A stretch of 60,765 nt of DNA from Actinomycetota bacterium (GTDB taxonomy: Bacteria; Actinomycetota; Acidimicrobiia; Acidimicrobiales; Ilumatobacteraceae). Location: assembly GCA_005778215.1 (NCBI GenBank), contig SXKB01000309.1:1-60765 (forward strand). Direction: 5' to 3'. Positions 34,320 through 43,081 of this stretch are shown here, one piece after another. The notes under the pieces are model-generated. The model ran no database searches, had not been told where the DNA came from, and saw only the letters and a program-made list of their open reading frames with translations. Numbering within the stretch: position 1 is the stretch's first letter; each line of letters opens with the position of its first letter. A program made the translations under genes and the position numbers.

Positions 34320-35057
34320 ATGAACGCCGCACTCGCCGCCGCCGCCACGCTGGTCGCGCTCGCGTTCTGCCTCAGCACGCTCGACCGCTGGCTGCGCCGT
34401 CGCCGGCCGCACGAACTGGCCTGGACGGTGTCGCTCGCCCTGTTCGCCCTCGGATCGCTCGCCCTGTGGTGGGCGGAGAGCGCCGGCTGGAGCCTCGGCG
34501 CGTTCCGCATCTTCTACATGGCCGGGGCCGTGCTCAACGTGCCGTGGCTGGCCCTCGGCACCGTGTACCTGCTGGCCGGCCAACGGGTGGGCGACCGGGT
34601 GAAGTGGTGGCTGGTGTTCCTCAGCGGCCTCACCGTCGGCATCGTCGGATTCGCCCCCACCGACGCACCCGTGTCGGGCGACGTGATGCCCACCGGCAAG
34701 GAGGTGTTCGGCATCGCGCCCCGCGTGCTGGCCGCCGTCGGCTCCGGCGTCGCCGCCGTGGTCATCATCGCCGGCGCGCTCTGGAGTGCCTGGCGGGTGT
34801 GGCGCGGCCGCAACCCGTCGCTCGGCGGACAGCGCACCATCACCGCCCCCGGACGACTGGTGTGGGGCAACCTGCTCATCGCCACCGGCACCCTGGTGCT
34901 CAGCGGCAGCGGCACCCTGGCCGGCCGACTGGGCAAGGACCGCGCGTTCGCCGTCACCCTGCTGGTCGGCATCGTCGTGCTGTTCCTCGGCTTCCTGGTC
35001 GCGTCGGCCCCGCCACGGCGGAAGGCCGCCGCACCCGAACTGCGATCGGTGGCCTGA
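34320..35057 (+). CDS. Polytopic membrane protein, unknown function
   Basis: There are about 6 hydrophobic helices (ALAAAATLVALAFCLSTL, VSLALFALGSLALWW, ...). I recognise no family. Confidence 0.65.
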   Translation: MNAALAAAATLVALAFCLSTLDRWLRRRRPHELAWTVSLALFALGSLALWWAESAGWSLGAFRIFYMAGAVLNVPWLALGTVYLLAGQRVGDRVKWWLVFLSGLTVGIVGFAPTDAPVSGDVMPTGKEVFGIAPRVLAAVGSGVAAVVIIAGALWSAWRVWRGRNPSLGGQRTITAPGRLVWGNLLIATGTLVLSGSGTLAGRLGKDRAFAVTLLVGIVVLFLGFLVASAPPRRKAAAPELRSVA

Positions 35058-35060
35058 GCC

Positions 35061-35513
35061 GTGAACGGTGGCGCGCACGAATGGCGACGCGACGACGGCT
35101 ACTCGGTCAGCGACGACCGCGACCGCATCGACCGTGAGTTCGTATGGCGATGGTTGGCCCACGACTCGTACTGGGCCAAGGGCCGCACCCGCGAGGTGAT
35201 GGACCGCGCCATCGACGGCTCGCTGTGCTTCGGGCTGTACGCGCCCGATGGGTCGCCGGCCGGGTTCTGCCGGCAGGTCACCGACCGCGCCACGTTCGCA
35301 TTCCTCAGCGACGTGTTCGTGCTCGATGCGCATCGCGGCACTGGCGCCGGCACGTTCCTGGTGCGCTGCGCCATCGAGCACCCCGACATGGCCGGCGTGC
35401 GCCAGCAGACGCTGCGCACCCAGGACGCCCACGGCCTCTACGAGAAGTTCGGCTACCGCGGCATCACCCCCGACGAACTCCCCACCTGGATGGTGCGCTA
35501 CCCCCTCGGTTAG
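35061..35513 (+). CDS. GNAT-family N-acetyltransferase
   Basis: FLSDVFVLDAHRGTGAGTFLVRCAI...YEKFGY is the acetyl-CoA binding motif A pattern. Confidence 0.85.
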   Translation: MNGGAHEWRRDDGYSVSDDRDRIDREFVWRWLAHDSYWAKGRTREVMDRAIDGSLCFGLYAPDGSPAGFCRQVTDRATFAFLSDVFVLDAHRGTGAGTFLVRCAIEHPDMAGVRQQTLRTQDAHGLYEKFGYRGITPDELPTWMVRYPLG

Positions 35514-37007
35514 TCAGACGAGGCTGCGGCGGAGGAGCTTGCCACTCACGTTGCGCGGCAGTTCGTCGACGAAGAGGATCTTGCTCGGGCACTTGTACCG
35601 AGCGAGATGGTCGAGGCACCACGTGACCAGGGTGTCCTCGTGCGCCGACGCACCGGGCTCGAGCACCACGAACGCCTTCACGGCCTCGCCGGTGTGCGGA
35701 TGCGGCACGCCGACCACACCCACCTCGTGGACCGCCGGGTGCTCCATCAGCACTTCCTCCACCTCGGCCGGGTACACGTTGAACCCGCTGACGATGATGA
35801 GGTCCTTCGCTCGATCGACCAGGTACAGGTAGCCGTCGTCGTCGGTGACCGCGATGTCGCCGGTGCGCAGCCAGCCGTCGGCCGTGAGCACCTTGGCCGT
35901 CGCCTCGGGCTCGTCGAGATAGCCGAGGAACACGTTCGGGCCCTTCACCCAGATCTCGCCGGAGTCGCCCTGCAGCGCGTCGTCGCCGTGCTCGTCGACC
36001 AGGCGCACCTGCATGCCCTCGAGCACCTTGCCCACCGACCCGATGCGCTGCTCGAGCCCGCTCGACGAGGTGACGATGGGCGACGCCTCGGTGAGGCCGT
36101 AGCCCTCGAGCAGTTCGAGGCCGTAGCGGTCGCGCAGTCGCTTGGTGGCCTCCTCGGGCATCTTCGCGGCGCCGGTGAGTGCCATGCGCACACCCGTGAA
36201 GCTGTCGGCCGGTGCTTCGTCGAAGTGGCTGAACGCCAACCACAGCGGCGGCGCGCCCGGGATGACCGTGACGCCGCGCTCCTTGATGGTGTCGAGCGCG
36301 GTGGAGGGGTCGAACCGCTGCACCAGCACGACGGTGGCGCCACGCAGCAGGCTGAGGTTGAGCACCACGTTGAGTCCGAAGATGTGGAACACCGGCAGCA
36401 CGCCGTACACCACGTCGTCCTCGGTGACGCCACCGTTGGCGGTGTGCACCTGGTCGAGGTTGGACAGCAGGTTGCCGTGCGACAGCATCGCGGCCCGGGG
36501 TGAACCGGCGGTGCCGCTGGTGAAGATGAGCGCGGCGAGGTGCTGCTCGTCGACCTCCACGACGTCGACCGGGTCGGCAGTGAGCAGGTCGTCGAACGAC
36601 GCGTCGGCCTCGGGCACGGTGCCGGCCTCCGTGGCCAGCACGTGCCGCAGCGACGGCAGCTGCGCACGATCGACCTGCGCCCACGCGGCAGCTGCCGACG
36701 GCTCGACCACCACGAGCGACGCCGACACGGTGGCCAGCTCGCGCTCGATCTCGGGCGCTGGACTCACCGGGTTGAGCGGCACCGCGACCGCACCGAGGCC
36801 GAGGGCGGCCAGGTACAGGTCGACGAAGTAGCGGCCGTTGCTGCACAACAGTGCGACGCGATCGCCCTGCTGCACACCGAGCCGAGCCAGCCCACCGCGG
36901 AGGTGGGCCACCTGGTCGCGGAGCATGCCGTAGGTGGTGGGGCGGCCGCGACTGAAGATGGCGACGCGGTCCGCGGGATGCGGGTCGATGATGTGCGCGA
37001 GATTCAC
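35514..37007 (-). CDS. AMP-dependent acyl-CoA synthetase/ligase (long-chain fatty-acid-CoA ligase-like)
   Basis: IFTSGTAGSPRAAMLSHGN (AMP-binding motif), GYGLTEASP, WLRTGD and PRNVSGKLLRR. Confidence 0.93.
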   Translation of the reverse strand: MNLAHIIDPHPADRVAIFSRGRPTTYGMLRDQVAHLRGGLARLGVQQGDRVALLCSNGRYFVDLYLAALGLGAVAVPLNPVSPAPEIERELATVSASLVVVEPSAAAAWAQVDRAQLPSLRHVLATEAGTVPEADASFDDLLTADPVDVVEVDEQHLAALIFTSGTAGSPRAAMLSHGNLLSNLDQVHTANGGVTEDDVVYGVLPVFHIFGLNVVLNLSLLRGATVVLVQRFDPSTALDTIKERGVTVIPGAPPLWLAFSHFDEAPADSFTGVRMALTGAAKMPEEATKRLRDRYGLELLEGYGLTEASPIVTSSSGLEQRIGSVGKVLEGMQVRLVDEHGDDALQGDSGEIWVKGPNVFLGYLDEPEATAKVLTADGWLRTGDIAVTDDDGYLYLVDRAKDLIIVSGFNVYPAEVEEVLMEHPAVHEVGVVGVPHPHTGEAVKAFVVLEPGASAHEDTLVTWCLDHLARYKCPSKILFVDELPRNVSGKLLRRSLV

Positions 37008-37072
37008 GTGGACGGCCCCCTCTGCCGGATCCCGATGTTACTCACCGGTCACCGGCCCGCGCGCGGGACGGT

Positions 37073-37156
37073 TCAGAACCGCAGCAGCGAGATGATGCCG
37101 GCCGCGAGGATGGCGAGGAGCAGCAGGCCGAGGGTGAGCGTGGTCGCGGGGCGCAT
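37073..37156 (-). CDS. Possible 27-aa hydrophobic micro-protein
   Basis: ATG...TGA encodes MRPATTLTLGLLLLAILAAGIISLLRF in the 180-nt gap between two - strand genes. No convincing Shine-Dalgarno sequence. It is too short for the ORF track. Confidence 0.2.
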   Translation of the reverse strand: MRPATTLTLGLLLLAILAAGIISLLRF

Positions 37157-37186
37157 TCGGCCAGGCTACCGGTGCGGCGGCGCGGG

Positions 37187-38065
37187 CTATCGGCGTGGCT
37201 GCAGGGTGACCGGGCTGGTGGCGCCCGGGCCGCGGTCGCCCTCGGCGAGCGGCGTGAGCGTGACCTGATCGGTGGTGACCAACTGCAGCTCGTCGGCGGC
37301 CGACCGACGCTCGAGCACCAGGGCGAGCATGCCGAACGGATCGACGGTGAGGCCCACCGAGCCGGGGCCCAGCTGACCGGCGTGCCGCACCCGCTCGGCC
37401 ACACGCGTGACCTCGCCGGCCTGCACCACCACGCGCACGCCGTCGCGGTCGGCCCATGGCGCCACGTCGTCGATGCCGAGGTTGAGCTGGCAGTCGCCGA
37501 CGTGGTTGATCCACAGCACGTCGGCCGTGACACCACCACCGTCGACGTCACGAGGCAGCGGCACCGTGCCGGGCAGCAGCAGGTCGGCTTCGATGGCGTC
37601 GCCCAACTCGAGCAGGTCGACCCCGTTGCACAGGTGAGCCGCCACCGGCGCGAGCACGTCGCGCGTGGGGCACGCGCCACCCGGGCTGGCGAGGTGGTAC
37701 CCCACATCGGTGAGCACCACCGCGCGCCCCGCACCGCCGGCCATGGCCACCGCAGGAGCGAGCACCCCGTTGTCGGGCCCGACCAGTACGCCCTCGCCCC
37801 CGGCGACCTCGATGGCCACCAGCGGGCGATCGAGCGCCGGGCCGGCATCGACCGAGGCGAGCACCACCCCCGACGGCACGTACCCGATGGCGCGGGCCAG
37901 CGCCAGGCTGCCGGCACGCACGTCGTACGCCGCGACGTGATGGGTGAGGTCGATCACCCGGGCGTGCGGGGCGAGGTCGCGGACCACGGCGTGCACCAGG
38001 CCCACCGACTCGTCGACGACGCCGAGGTCGCTGAGGAACGAGATGGTGTCGTAGCGGTGCGGCAT
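37187..38065 (-). CDS. SAM hydrolase / SAM-dependent halogenase family protein (DUF62, S-adenosyl-L-methionine hydroxide adenosyltransferase-like)
   Basis: ISFLSDLGVVDESVGLVHAVV...VIDLTHHV...VLVGPDNGVL...VLWINHVGDCQLN. Confidence 0.85.
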   Translation of the reverse strand: MPHRYDTISFLSDLGVVDESVGLVHAVVRDLAPHARVIDLTHHVAAYDVRAGSLALARAIGYVPSGVVLASVDAGPALDRPLVAIEVAGGEGVLVGPDNGVLAPAVAMAGGAGRAVVLTDVGYHLASPGGACPTRDVLAPVAAHLCNGVDLLELGDAIEADLLLPGTVPLPRDVDGGGVTADVLWINHVGDCQLNLGIDDVAPWADRDGVRVVVQAGEVTRVAERVRHAGQLGPGSVGLTVDPFGMLALVLERRSAADELQLVTTDQVTLTPLAEGDRGPGATSPVTLQPRR

Positions 38066-38083
38066 GGCCGCGAACGTACCGGG

Positions 38084-38130
38084 AAAAACGCAGAGGGCCG
38101 ATGCCAACCCCCCGATGGCACCAGCCCTCT
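38084..38130 (-). terminator. Intrinsic-terminator-like hairpin with a T5 tract (read on the - strand)
   Basis: On the - strand the sequence is AGAGGGC-TGG-TGCCA-TCGGGGGGT-TGGCA-TCG-GCCCTCT followed by GCGTTTTTCC. It lies about 160 nt after the proC stop and 19 nt before the ATG of the next - strand gene. Confidence 0.55.
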
Positions 38131-38156
38131 CCGGCGCAGCCCCCCGTGGGGAGCGC
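38092..38156 (+). ncRNA. Candidate 6C-like structured RNA (two hairpins each displaying CCCCCC); strand and identity unresolved
   Basis: Exact C6 runs occur at 38108-38113 and 38140-38145. The first is in the loop of the AGAGGGC/GCCCTCT + TGCCA/TGGCA hairpin. The second lies between GCGC (38134-38137) and GCGC (38153-38156). Confidence 0.3.
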
Positions 38157-38291
38157 GACATCCGGATGATGAATCTTCCGGTGGTCTTGCGACCGAGCCG
38201 AAGGATAGGCACGCGCGCGGCCGTGAGAAAAGAGTCACAGCAAGAAAAAGTGTGGATGCTCTGATCTGCGGATTCGTTGCTCAGCGAACGA

Positions 38292-39083
38292 TCAGCGGCG
38301 GCCGAGCTCCGCGCCGCGTGCCGTGGCGGCCATCACGGCCTCCAGGAAGGCGGAACGCACGCCGTGTTCCTCGAGCACCCGCAGGCCCGCAGCGGTAGTG
38401 CCGCCGGGCGACGTGACGTTGGCGCGCAACGTGGCGGGGTCGCCCCGATCGGCCAGCAACGCCGCCGACCCGACGAACAACTGGGTGACCAACTGCTCGG
38501 CATTCGCCCGGCTGAGGCCGGCCAGCACGCCCGCCTCGGTGAGCGCCTCGGCCACCAGGAACAGGTACGCGGGTCCGCTGCCGGCCAGGCCGGTGACCGC
38601 GTCGAGCTGTGACTCGGGCACGCGCACCACGATGCCCACGGCGCCGAGGATGCCCTCGGCCCACTCGAGGTCGGCGTCGTCGGCCGTGCTGCCACCGCAG
38701 ATGGCGGCCGCGCCCTCGCCCACCAGAGCCGGCGTGTTGGGCATCGCCCGCACCACCACCACGTCGGGACCGGCGGCCTCCTGCAGCGCATCGATGGAGA
38801 TGCCGGCGGCGATGGACAACAGGCGCGTGGCCCCGGCCTTCGCTGCGGCGGCGCACGCGGTGGCCACGTCGTACGGCTTCACGGCGATGAGCGCGGCCTG
38901 GCACGCCGGGGTGTCGGCCACCACGGCGACACCGGGGAACAGCTCGGCCAACTGCGTCGCCCGCGTCGCCGACACCTCCACCACGGCCAGGTCGGCGGGC
39001 TGCCAGCCGCCCTGCAACAGGCCGCCCACGAGCGCTGCGCCCATGTTGCCGCCACCCACCACTGCCAGCCGGTACGTCGTCAT
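38292..39083 (-). CDS. proC: Pyrroline-5-carboxylate reductase
   Basis: LAVVGGGNMGAAL...AVKP...RAMPNTPALVG...GSGPAYLFLVAEAL...VTSPGGTTAAGL. Confidence 0.95.
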   Translation of the reverse strand: MTTYRLAVVGGGNMGAALVGGLLQGGWQPADLAVVEVSATRATQLAELFPGVAVVADTPACQAALIAVKPYDVATACAAAAKAGATRLLSIAAGISIDALQEAAGPDVVVVRAMPNTPALVGEGAAAICGGSTADDADLEWAEGILGAVGIVVRVPESQLDAVTGLAGSGPAYLFLVAEALTEAGVLAGLSRANAEQLVTQLFVGSAALLADRGDPATLRANVTSPGGTTAAGLRVLEEHGVRSAFLEAVMAATARGAELGRR

Positions 39084-39188
39084 GCCGGGCAGGCTACGTC
39101 GCCGTTGCGGGCGGTCGGCACGACTTCCCCGACGTCGCCGACCGCCCGCACCCACACTGGGTACGGCGAGTCGCGACGATCGGCAGAA

Positions 39189-39656
39189 TCAGGTGAACTT
39201 GCTGGCGAACGCGAGGCGCAGCAGCGACGGGAACGCGGCCTCCACGTACTGGTACAGCGAGCCGATCACGCGATCGAGTTCGGCCTCGTTGAGTGCGGCC
39301 AACGGCAACTCACCGCGCAGGAACAACGCGTCCTCCACACCGATCGCGAAGTGCGCACCGACCAATCGGTCGTTGCGGCGCAGCGCCGCCTCGTACACCT
39401 CGGCGACGTGCTCCTGCGGCGCCGGCAGCACATAGGCCTCGTACCGCAGCGTGCGCTGGCCGAGCGTGAGCCAGATGGTGATGTGTTCCTTCTCCTCGCC
39501 GCGGAGTCGCACGTACCAGCGCGGTTCGGCGCTGTCGGCAGGGTCGCCACGGTCGATGGCCTCCACGAGGTCGTTGCCCTCGGCGAAGCCGTGCAGCCAC
39601 CCTGTGATGGCGGCCTCGTACTCCTGCAGCGTCGGTGGCAGGTGGTAGTCGGTCAT
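39189..39656 (-). CDS. YbjN-domain protein (the usual mshA neighbour)
   Basis: WYVRLRGEEKEHITIWLTLGQRTLRYEAYV...GAHFAIGVEDALFL. The start overlaps the mshA stop (ATGA). Confidence 0.8.
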   Translation of the reverse strand: MTDYHLPPTLQEYEAAITGWLHGFAEGNDLVEAIDRGDPADSAEPRWYVRLRGEEKEHITIWLTLGQRTLRYEAYVLPAPQEHVAEVYEAALRRNDRLVGAHFAIGVEDALFLRGELPLAALNEAELDRVIGSLYQYVEAAFPSLLRLAFASKFT

Positions 39657-40900
39657 CCGCAGGCCACCCGTTCGCGCGCCCCGAGGTCGGTGTACAGCCG
39701 GCGCAGGCGCGCTGCGGCGAAGCCCCAGGTGTAGCGACGCGCGCGCTCGGCGCCGCGGCGGCCCAGGGCGGCCGCGTGGCCCGGGTGCTCGATGATCTCG
39801 CGCAGGTAGTGCGCGAACAGCACGGGGTCGCGATCGGGCACCAGGTAGCCGGTCTCGCCATGGTCGACCAGCGTGAGCAGGCCGCCCACGCCGCTGGCCA
39901 CCACCGGCACACCGCAGGCCGAGGCCTCCAACGCCACCAGGCCGAAGCTCTCGCTGCGGCTGGGCACCACCACGGCATCGGCGGCGCGGTAGTAGGTGGA
40001 GAGGATGTGGTGCGGCTGCGGCGGCACGAACCGCACCTGCGCAGCGAGCCCGAGTTCGTGCACGAGCGCTCGGAGGCGGTCCTCCTCGGCGTTGCCCTCC
40101 TGGCCGCTCGCCCCACCCACCACCAGCAGCAGCGCATCGGGGCGACGAAGTTCGGCCAGTGCACGCACCGCCACCTCGGGGGCCTTCAGCGGCTGGATGC
40201 GGCCGACGAACAACAGCACCGGCGCATCGAGCGGCAGGTCGAGGGCGTTGCGCGCACCGGAACGCTCGCCGGGCGCGAAGAACGCGTGCTCCACACCGGG
40301 TGCGACGATCTCGATGCGGCCCTGCGGGTTGCCGTAGAGGCGGCGGAACTGGTTCTCCTCCTCGGTGCAGCTGACGCAGATGGCGTCGGCGCAGCGGATG
40401 ATGCCCGCCTCGGCGTCGTGACGCCACTCGCTCTCGTGGTCGCCGCCCTCGGCCTTCACCTTCGCCAGCGTGTGGAACGTGGTGACGAACGGGATGTCGA
40501 GTTCGTGCTTCAACCGGTGGGCGACGAGGCCGCTGAGGAAGTAGTTGGCGTGCATCACGTCGGCCGGGGCGTGGTTCTTCATGTGGTCGATGACGCCGTC
40601 GCCGAACTCGTCGAGCACCTCGGGCAGGCGTTCCTTCGGCAGGTCGAACGCACCCGCCGTGAGGTGCACCACGCGGTGACCGGGCTCGACCTGCACCACG
40701 TCGGGCTGGTCGGCGTGCGTGCGGCGGGTGTACGTGGTGCACTCCACGCCGGCCTGGGCCAGCGCCGACGACAGCTCGCGCACGTACACGTTCATGCCGC
40801 CACTGTCGCCCGACCCCGGCTGCGCCAGGGGCGAGGTGTGGAGGGAGATCACGGCGACCCGTTGCACGACGGTTCGGAACACTAACTGTTCGGTCAACAT
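39653..40900 (-). CDS. mshA: D-inositol-3-phosphate glycosyltransferase (mycothiol biosynthesis)
   Basis: RVAVISLHTSPLAQPGSGDSGGMNVYV...VMHANYFLSG...FVGRIQPLKAP...VVPSRSESFGLVALEASACGVPVVA. The start is ATG 40900 or GTG 40867. Confidence 0.92.
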   Translation of the reverse strand: MLTEQLVFRTVVQRVAVISLHTSPLAQPGSGDSGGMNVYVRELSSALAQAGVECTTYTRRTHADQPDVVQVEPGHRVVHLTAGAFDLPKERLPEVLDEFGDGVIDHMKNHAPADVMHANYFLSGLVAHRLKHELDIPFVTTFHTLAKVKAEGGDHESEWRHDAEAGIIRCADAICVSCTEEENQFRRLYGNPQGRIEIVAPGVEHAFFAPGERSGARNALDLPLDAPVLLFVGRIQPLKAPEVAVRALAELRRPDALLLVVGGASGQEGNAEEDRLRALVHELGLAAQVRFVPPQPHHILSTYYRAADAVVVPSRSESFGLVALEASACGVPVVASGVGGLLTLVDHGETGYLVPDRDPVLFAHYLREIIEHPGHAAALGRRGAERARRYTWGFAAARLRRLYTDLGARERVACG

Positions 40901-40942
40901 TCCGAGCCGGATGACGAGGCCCGGACCCGCGCGGGCCCCGCC

Positions 40943-42277
40943 GTGCCAGAATCGCAGGTCATGCGGTTCCGCTCGCTCCCCGAACGTCGCGCTCGCCTGC
41001 GTCGTGTGCTGTCGCCCCTGCGCGACTTCCTGCACACCGAAGCGGCCGGCGGCATCCTGCTCGTGGCCGCGTCGGTGGCCGCGCTGGTGTGGGCGAACTC
41101 GCCGTGGAAGGCCGGCTACCAGCGCCTGTGGCACACCGAGATCGGCATCACCGTGGGGAGCCACGAGCTGGTGCTCGACCTGCAGCACTGGGTGAACGAC
41201 GGCCTGATGACCATCTTCTTCCTGGTGGTGGGCCTCGAGATCAAGCGCGAACTCACCACCGGCCACCTCGCGGGCCGGCGTGCCGCCACCCTGCCGGTGG
41301 CCGCGGCACTCGGCGGCATGGTCGTGCCGGCGGTGCTGTACCTGGTGATCGCCGGCGGCACCGCACCCAAGGGCTGGGGCGTGCCGATGGCCACCGACAT
41401 CGCGTTGGCCGTCGGGGTGCTGGCCCTGGCCGGGGGAGCGGTGCCCGCATCGCTGCGTGCGTTCCTGCTGGGCCTCGCCGTGGTCGACGACATCGGCGCC
41501 ATCGTGGTGATCGCCGTCTTCTACTCCACCGGCGTGGCGTTCGGCTGGCTGGCGGCCGCCGTCGTGGGTGTGGCGCTCACCGTGTTCCTGCGCCAGTTCG
41601 GTGTGCACCAGATCATGGTCTACGTCGCGCTCGGCACAGCGGTGTGGTTCGCGCTGCACGAGGCCGGCATCCATCCCACGCTCGCGGGTGTGGCCATGGG
41701 TCTGCTGGCACCGGTCACGCCGCGCGTGGCGCCCGAGCTGATCGACGCCGACGAGCTGGCCGACATCAGCTCGTACGAGGCGGCCCATCACACGGCGCAG
41801 ATGGCCCGGTCGTCGGTGAGCACCGTCGAGTGGCTGGAGCACCTGCTGCACCCGTGGACCAGCTACGTGATCGTGCCGATCTTCGCCCTGGCCAACGCCG
41901 GCGTGGTGGTCAGCGGCGACAGCCTGCGCGACGCGCTGCGCTCACCCATCTTCTGGGGCATCATGGCCGGTCTCGTGCTGGGCAAGCCGCTCGGTGTGTT
42001 GCTGGCCTCGCGCCTCACCATCCGCAGCGGCCGCGCCGACCGGCCGGAGGGCACCACCACCCGCCAGTTGCTGGGCGCCGGCAACGCGGCCGGCATCGGT
42101 TTCACCGTGGCGTTGTTCATCGCCGAGCTCGCGTTCGTCGACGACCTGGGCGCACCGATCGAGGACGAGATCGCCGATGCGAAGATGGCCATTCTGCTCG
42201 CGTCGCTGATCAGTGGTCTGCTCGCGTTCGCGGTGTTGCGTCAGCGGTCGCGGGCGGCCGACACGAAACTGTCGTAG
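40943..42277 (+). CDS. nhaA: Na+/H+ antiporter NhaA
   Basis: HWVNDGLMTIFFLVVGLEIKRE...GWGVPMATDIA...VDDIGAIVVIA. The start may be ATG 40961. The 3' end overlaps the convergent HTH gene by 37 nt. Confidence 0.93.
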   Translation: MPESQVMRFRSLPERRARLRRVLSPLRDFLHTEAAGGILLVAASVAALVWANSPWKAGYQRLWHTEIGITVGSHELVLDLQHWVNDGLMTIFFLVVGLEIKRELTTGHLAGRRAATLPVAAALGGMVVPAVLYLVIAGGTAPKGWGVPMATDIALAVGVLALAGGAVPASLRAFLLGLAVVDDIGAIVVIAVFYSTGVAFGWLAAAVVGVALTVFLRQFGVHQIMVYVALGTAVWFALHEAGIHPTLAGVAMGLLAPVTPRVAPELIDADELADISSYEAAHHTAQMARSSVSTVEWLEHLLHPWTSYVIVPIFALANAGVVVSGDSLRDALRSPIFWGIMAGLVLGKPLGVLLASRLTIRSGRADRPEGTTTRQLLGAGNAAGIGFTVALFIAELAFVDDLGAPIEDEIADAKMAILLASLISGLLAFAVLRQRSRAADTKLS

Positions 42278-42588
42278 ACGTTGAGCAGTGCCTGCTGCTG
42301 CTCGGGTGTCAGCAACGGATCGGCGGCGATGGCCTCGCGCACACTCCGGGCGTTGGCGTCGGGGTCGAGGATGCCGGCGCGCTCGTAGAGGGTCTCGGCG
42401 CTGATCTGCAGTGCCTTGGCGAGTTGCTGGAGGATCTCGGCCGACGGCTTGCGCAGCCCGCGTTCGATCTGTGACAGGTACGGGTTGCTCACCCCGGCCG
42501 TCTCCGCCAGGCGGCGCACGCTCATGCGCGCCACCTCGCGCTGGGTGCGGATGAAGTCGCCGAGCTCAGTCAGTGGTGTCGTCGTCAT
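42241..42588 (-). CDS. XRE-family helix-turn-helix transcriptional regulator
   Basis: LGDFIRTQREVARMSVRRLAETAGVSNPYLSQIERGLRKPSAEILQQLAKAL. Confidence 0.88.
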   Translation of the reverse strand: MTTTPLTELGDFIRTQREVARMSVRRLAETAGVSNPYLSQIERGLRKPSAEILQQLAKALQISAETLYERAGILDPDANARSVREAIAADPLLTPEQQQALLNVYDSFVSAARDR

Positions 42589-43081
42589 CGTCGGCCAGCA
42601 GTCCCTCGACGTCGGCCTCGCCGTCGCGGTAGCGGCGCACGAGTTCGGCGCTGAGCGCGTCGATGCGGCCGAACAGGTCCTTGCGCTCCGACGACCGCGC
42701 TTGCTCGAACTCGTGCAACGAGGCGATGTAGCCGCCGAGCTCGTCGAGCGACATCGACGCGAGGTCGCTGGAACCGGCGTCGGAGCACAGTTCCTCGAGT
42801 GCCTGCGCGAGCGGGTGGTGGCTGTAGTCGTCGGCCGGCCGCGGCGGGCGCGCCGGGCCACCGGTGAGCTGCGAGCTGAGGATGGCCGGCAGTTCGCCGG
42901 TGATGTTGGCGTCGGCGTCACCCACCGCCCGGTGCCGCAGCTCGGCGCGGGCCAGGTCGAGGCGCGCCTGCACCAGGCGGCGCACGTAGCTGACCGCGTC
43001 GTCCTCGTGCTGCAGTTGGGCGCGCAGGGCACGCAGTTCGTCGAGCGGCAGGGCCGTGGGGTCGAACTCGGTGGTGTTCAT
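42566..43081 (-). CDS. RsiG-like coiled-coil protein (candidate c-di-GMP-binding anti-sigma-type factor)
   Basis: There are two helical segments. DDAVSYVRRLVQARLD follows D-x3-S-x2-R-x3-Q-x3-D. EQARSSERKDLFGRID follows E-x3-S-x2-R-x3-F-x3-D. The tail is acidic. The start overlaps the upstream stop (ATGA). Confidence 0.55.
   Translation of the reverse strand: MNTTEFDPTALPLDELRALRAQLQHEDDAVSYVRRLVQARLDLARAELRHRAVGDADANITGELPAILSSQLTGGPARPPRPADDYSHHPLAQALEELCSDAGSSDLASMSLDELGGYIASLHEFEQARSSERKDLFGRIDALSAELVRRYRDGEADVEGLLADDDDDTTD

Noticed and set aside
38134-38156. A guanidine-II (mini-ykkC) riboswitch, because the - strand hairpin reads CCCC-ACGG-GGGG.
   Set aside because: As I recall the motif, mini-ykkC hairpins have the opposite stem polarity (G-rich 5' arm) and need two ACGR loops. 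The neighbouring hairpin loop here is TCGGGGGGT.
42241-42277. Convergent 3' overlaps: nhaA/HTH 37 nt, antiporter/DUF2254 35 nt (59562-59596), kinase/SnoaL 16 nt (3781-3796), TrmH/PAP2 10 nt (51925-51934).
   Set aside because: They are real in the sequence, but they are common in compact GC-rich genomes where stop codons are rare. I see no evidence of a regulatory role.
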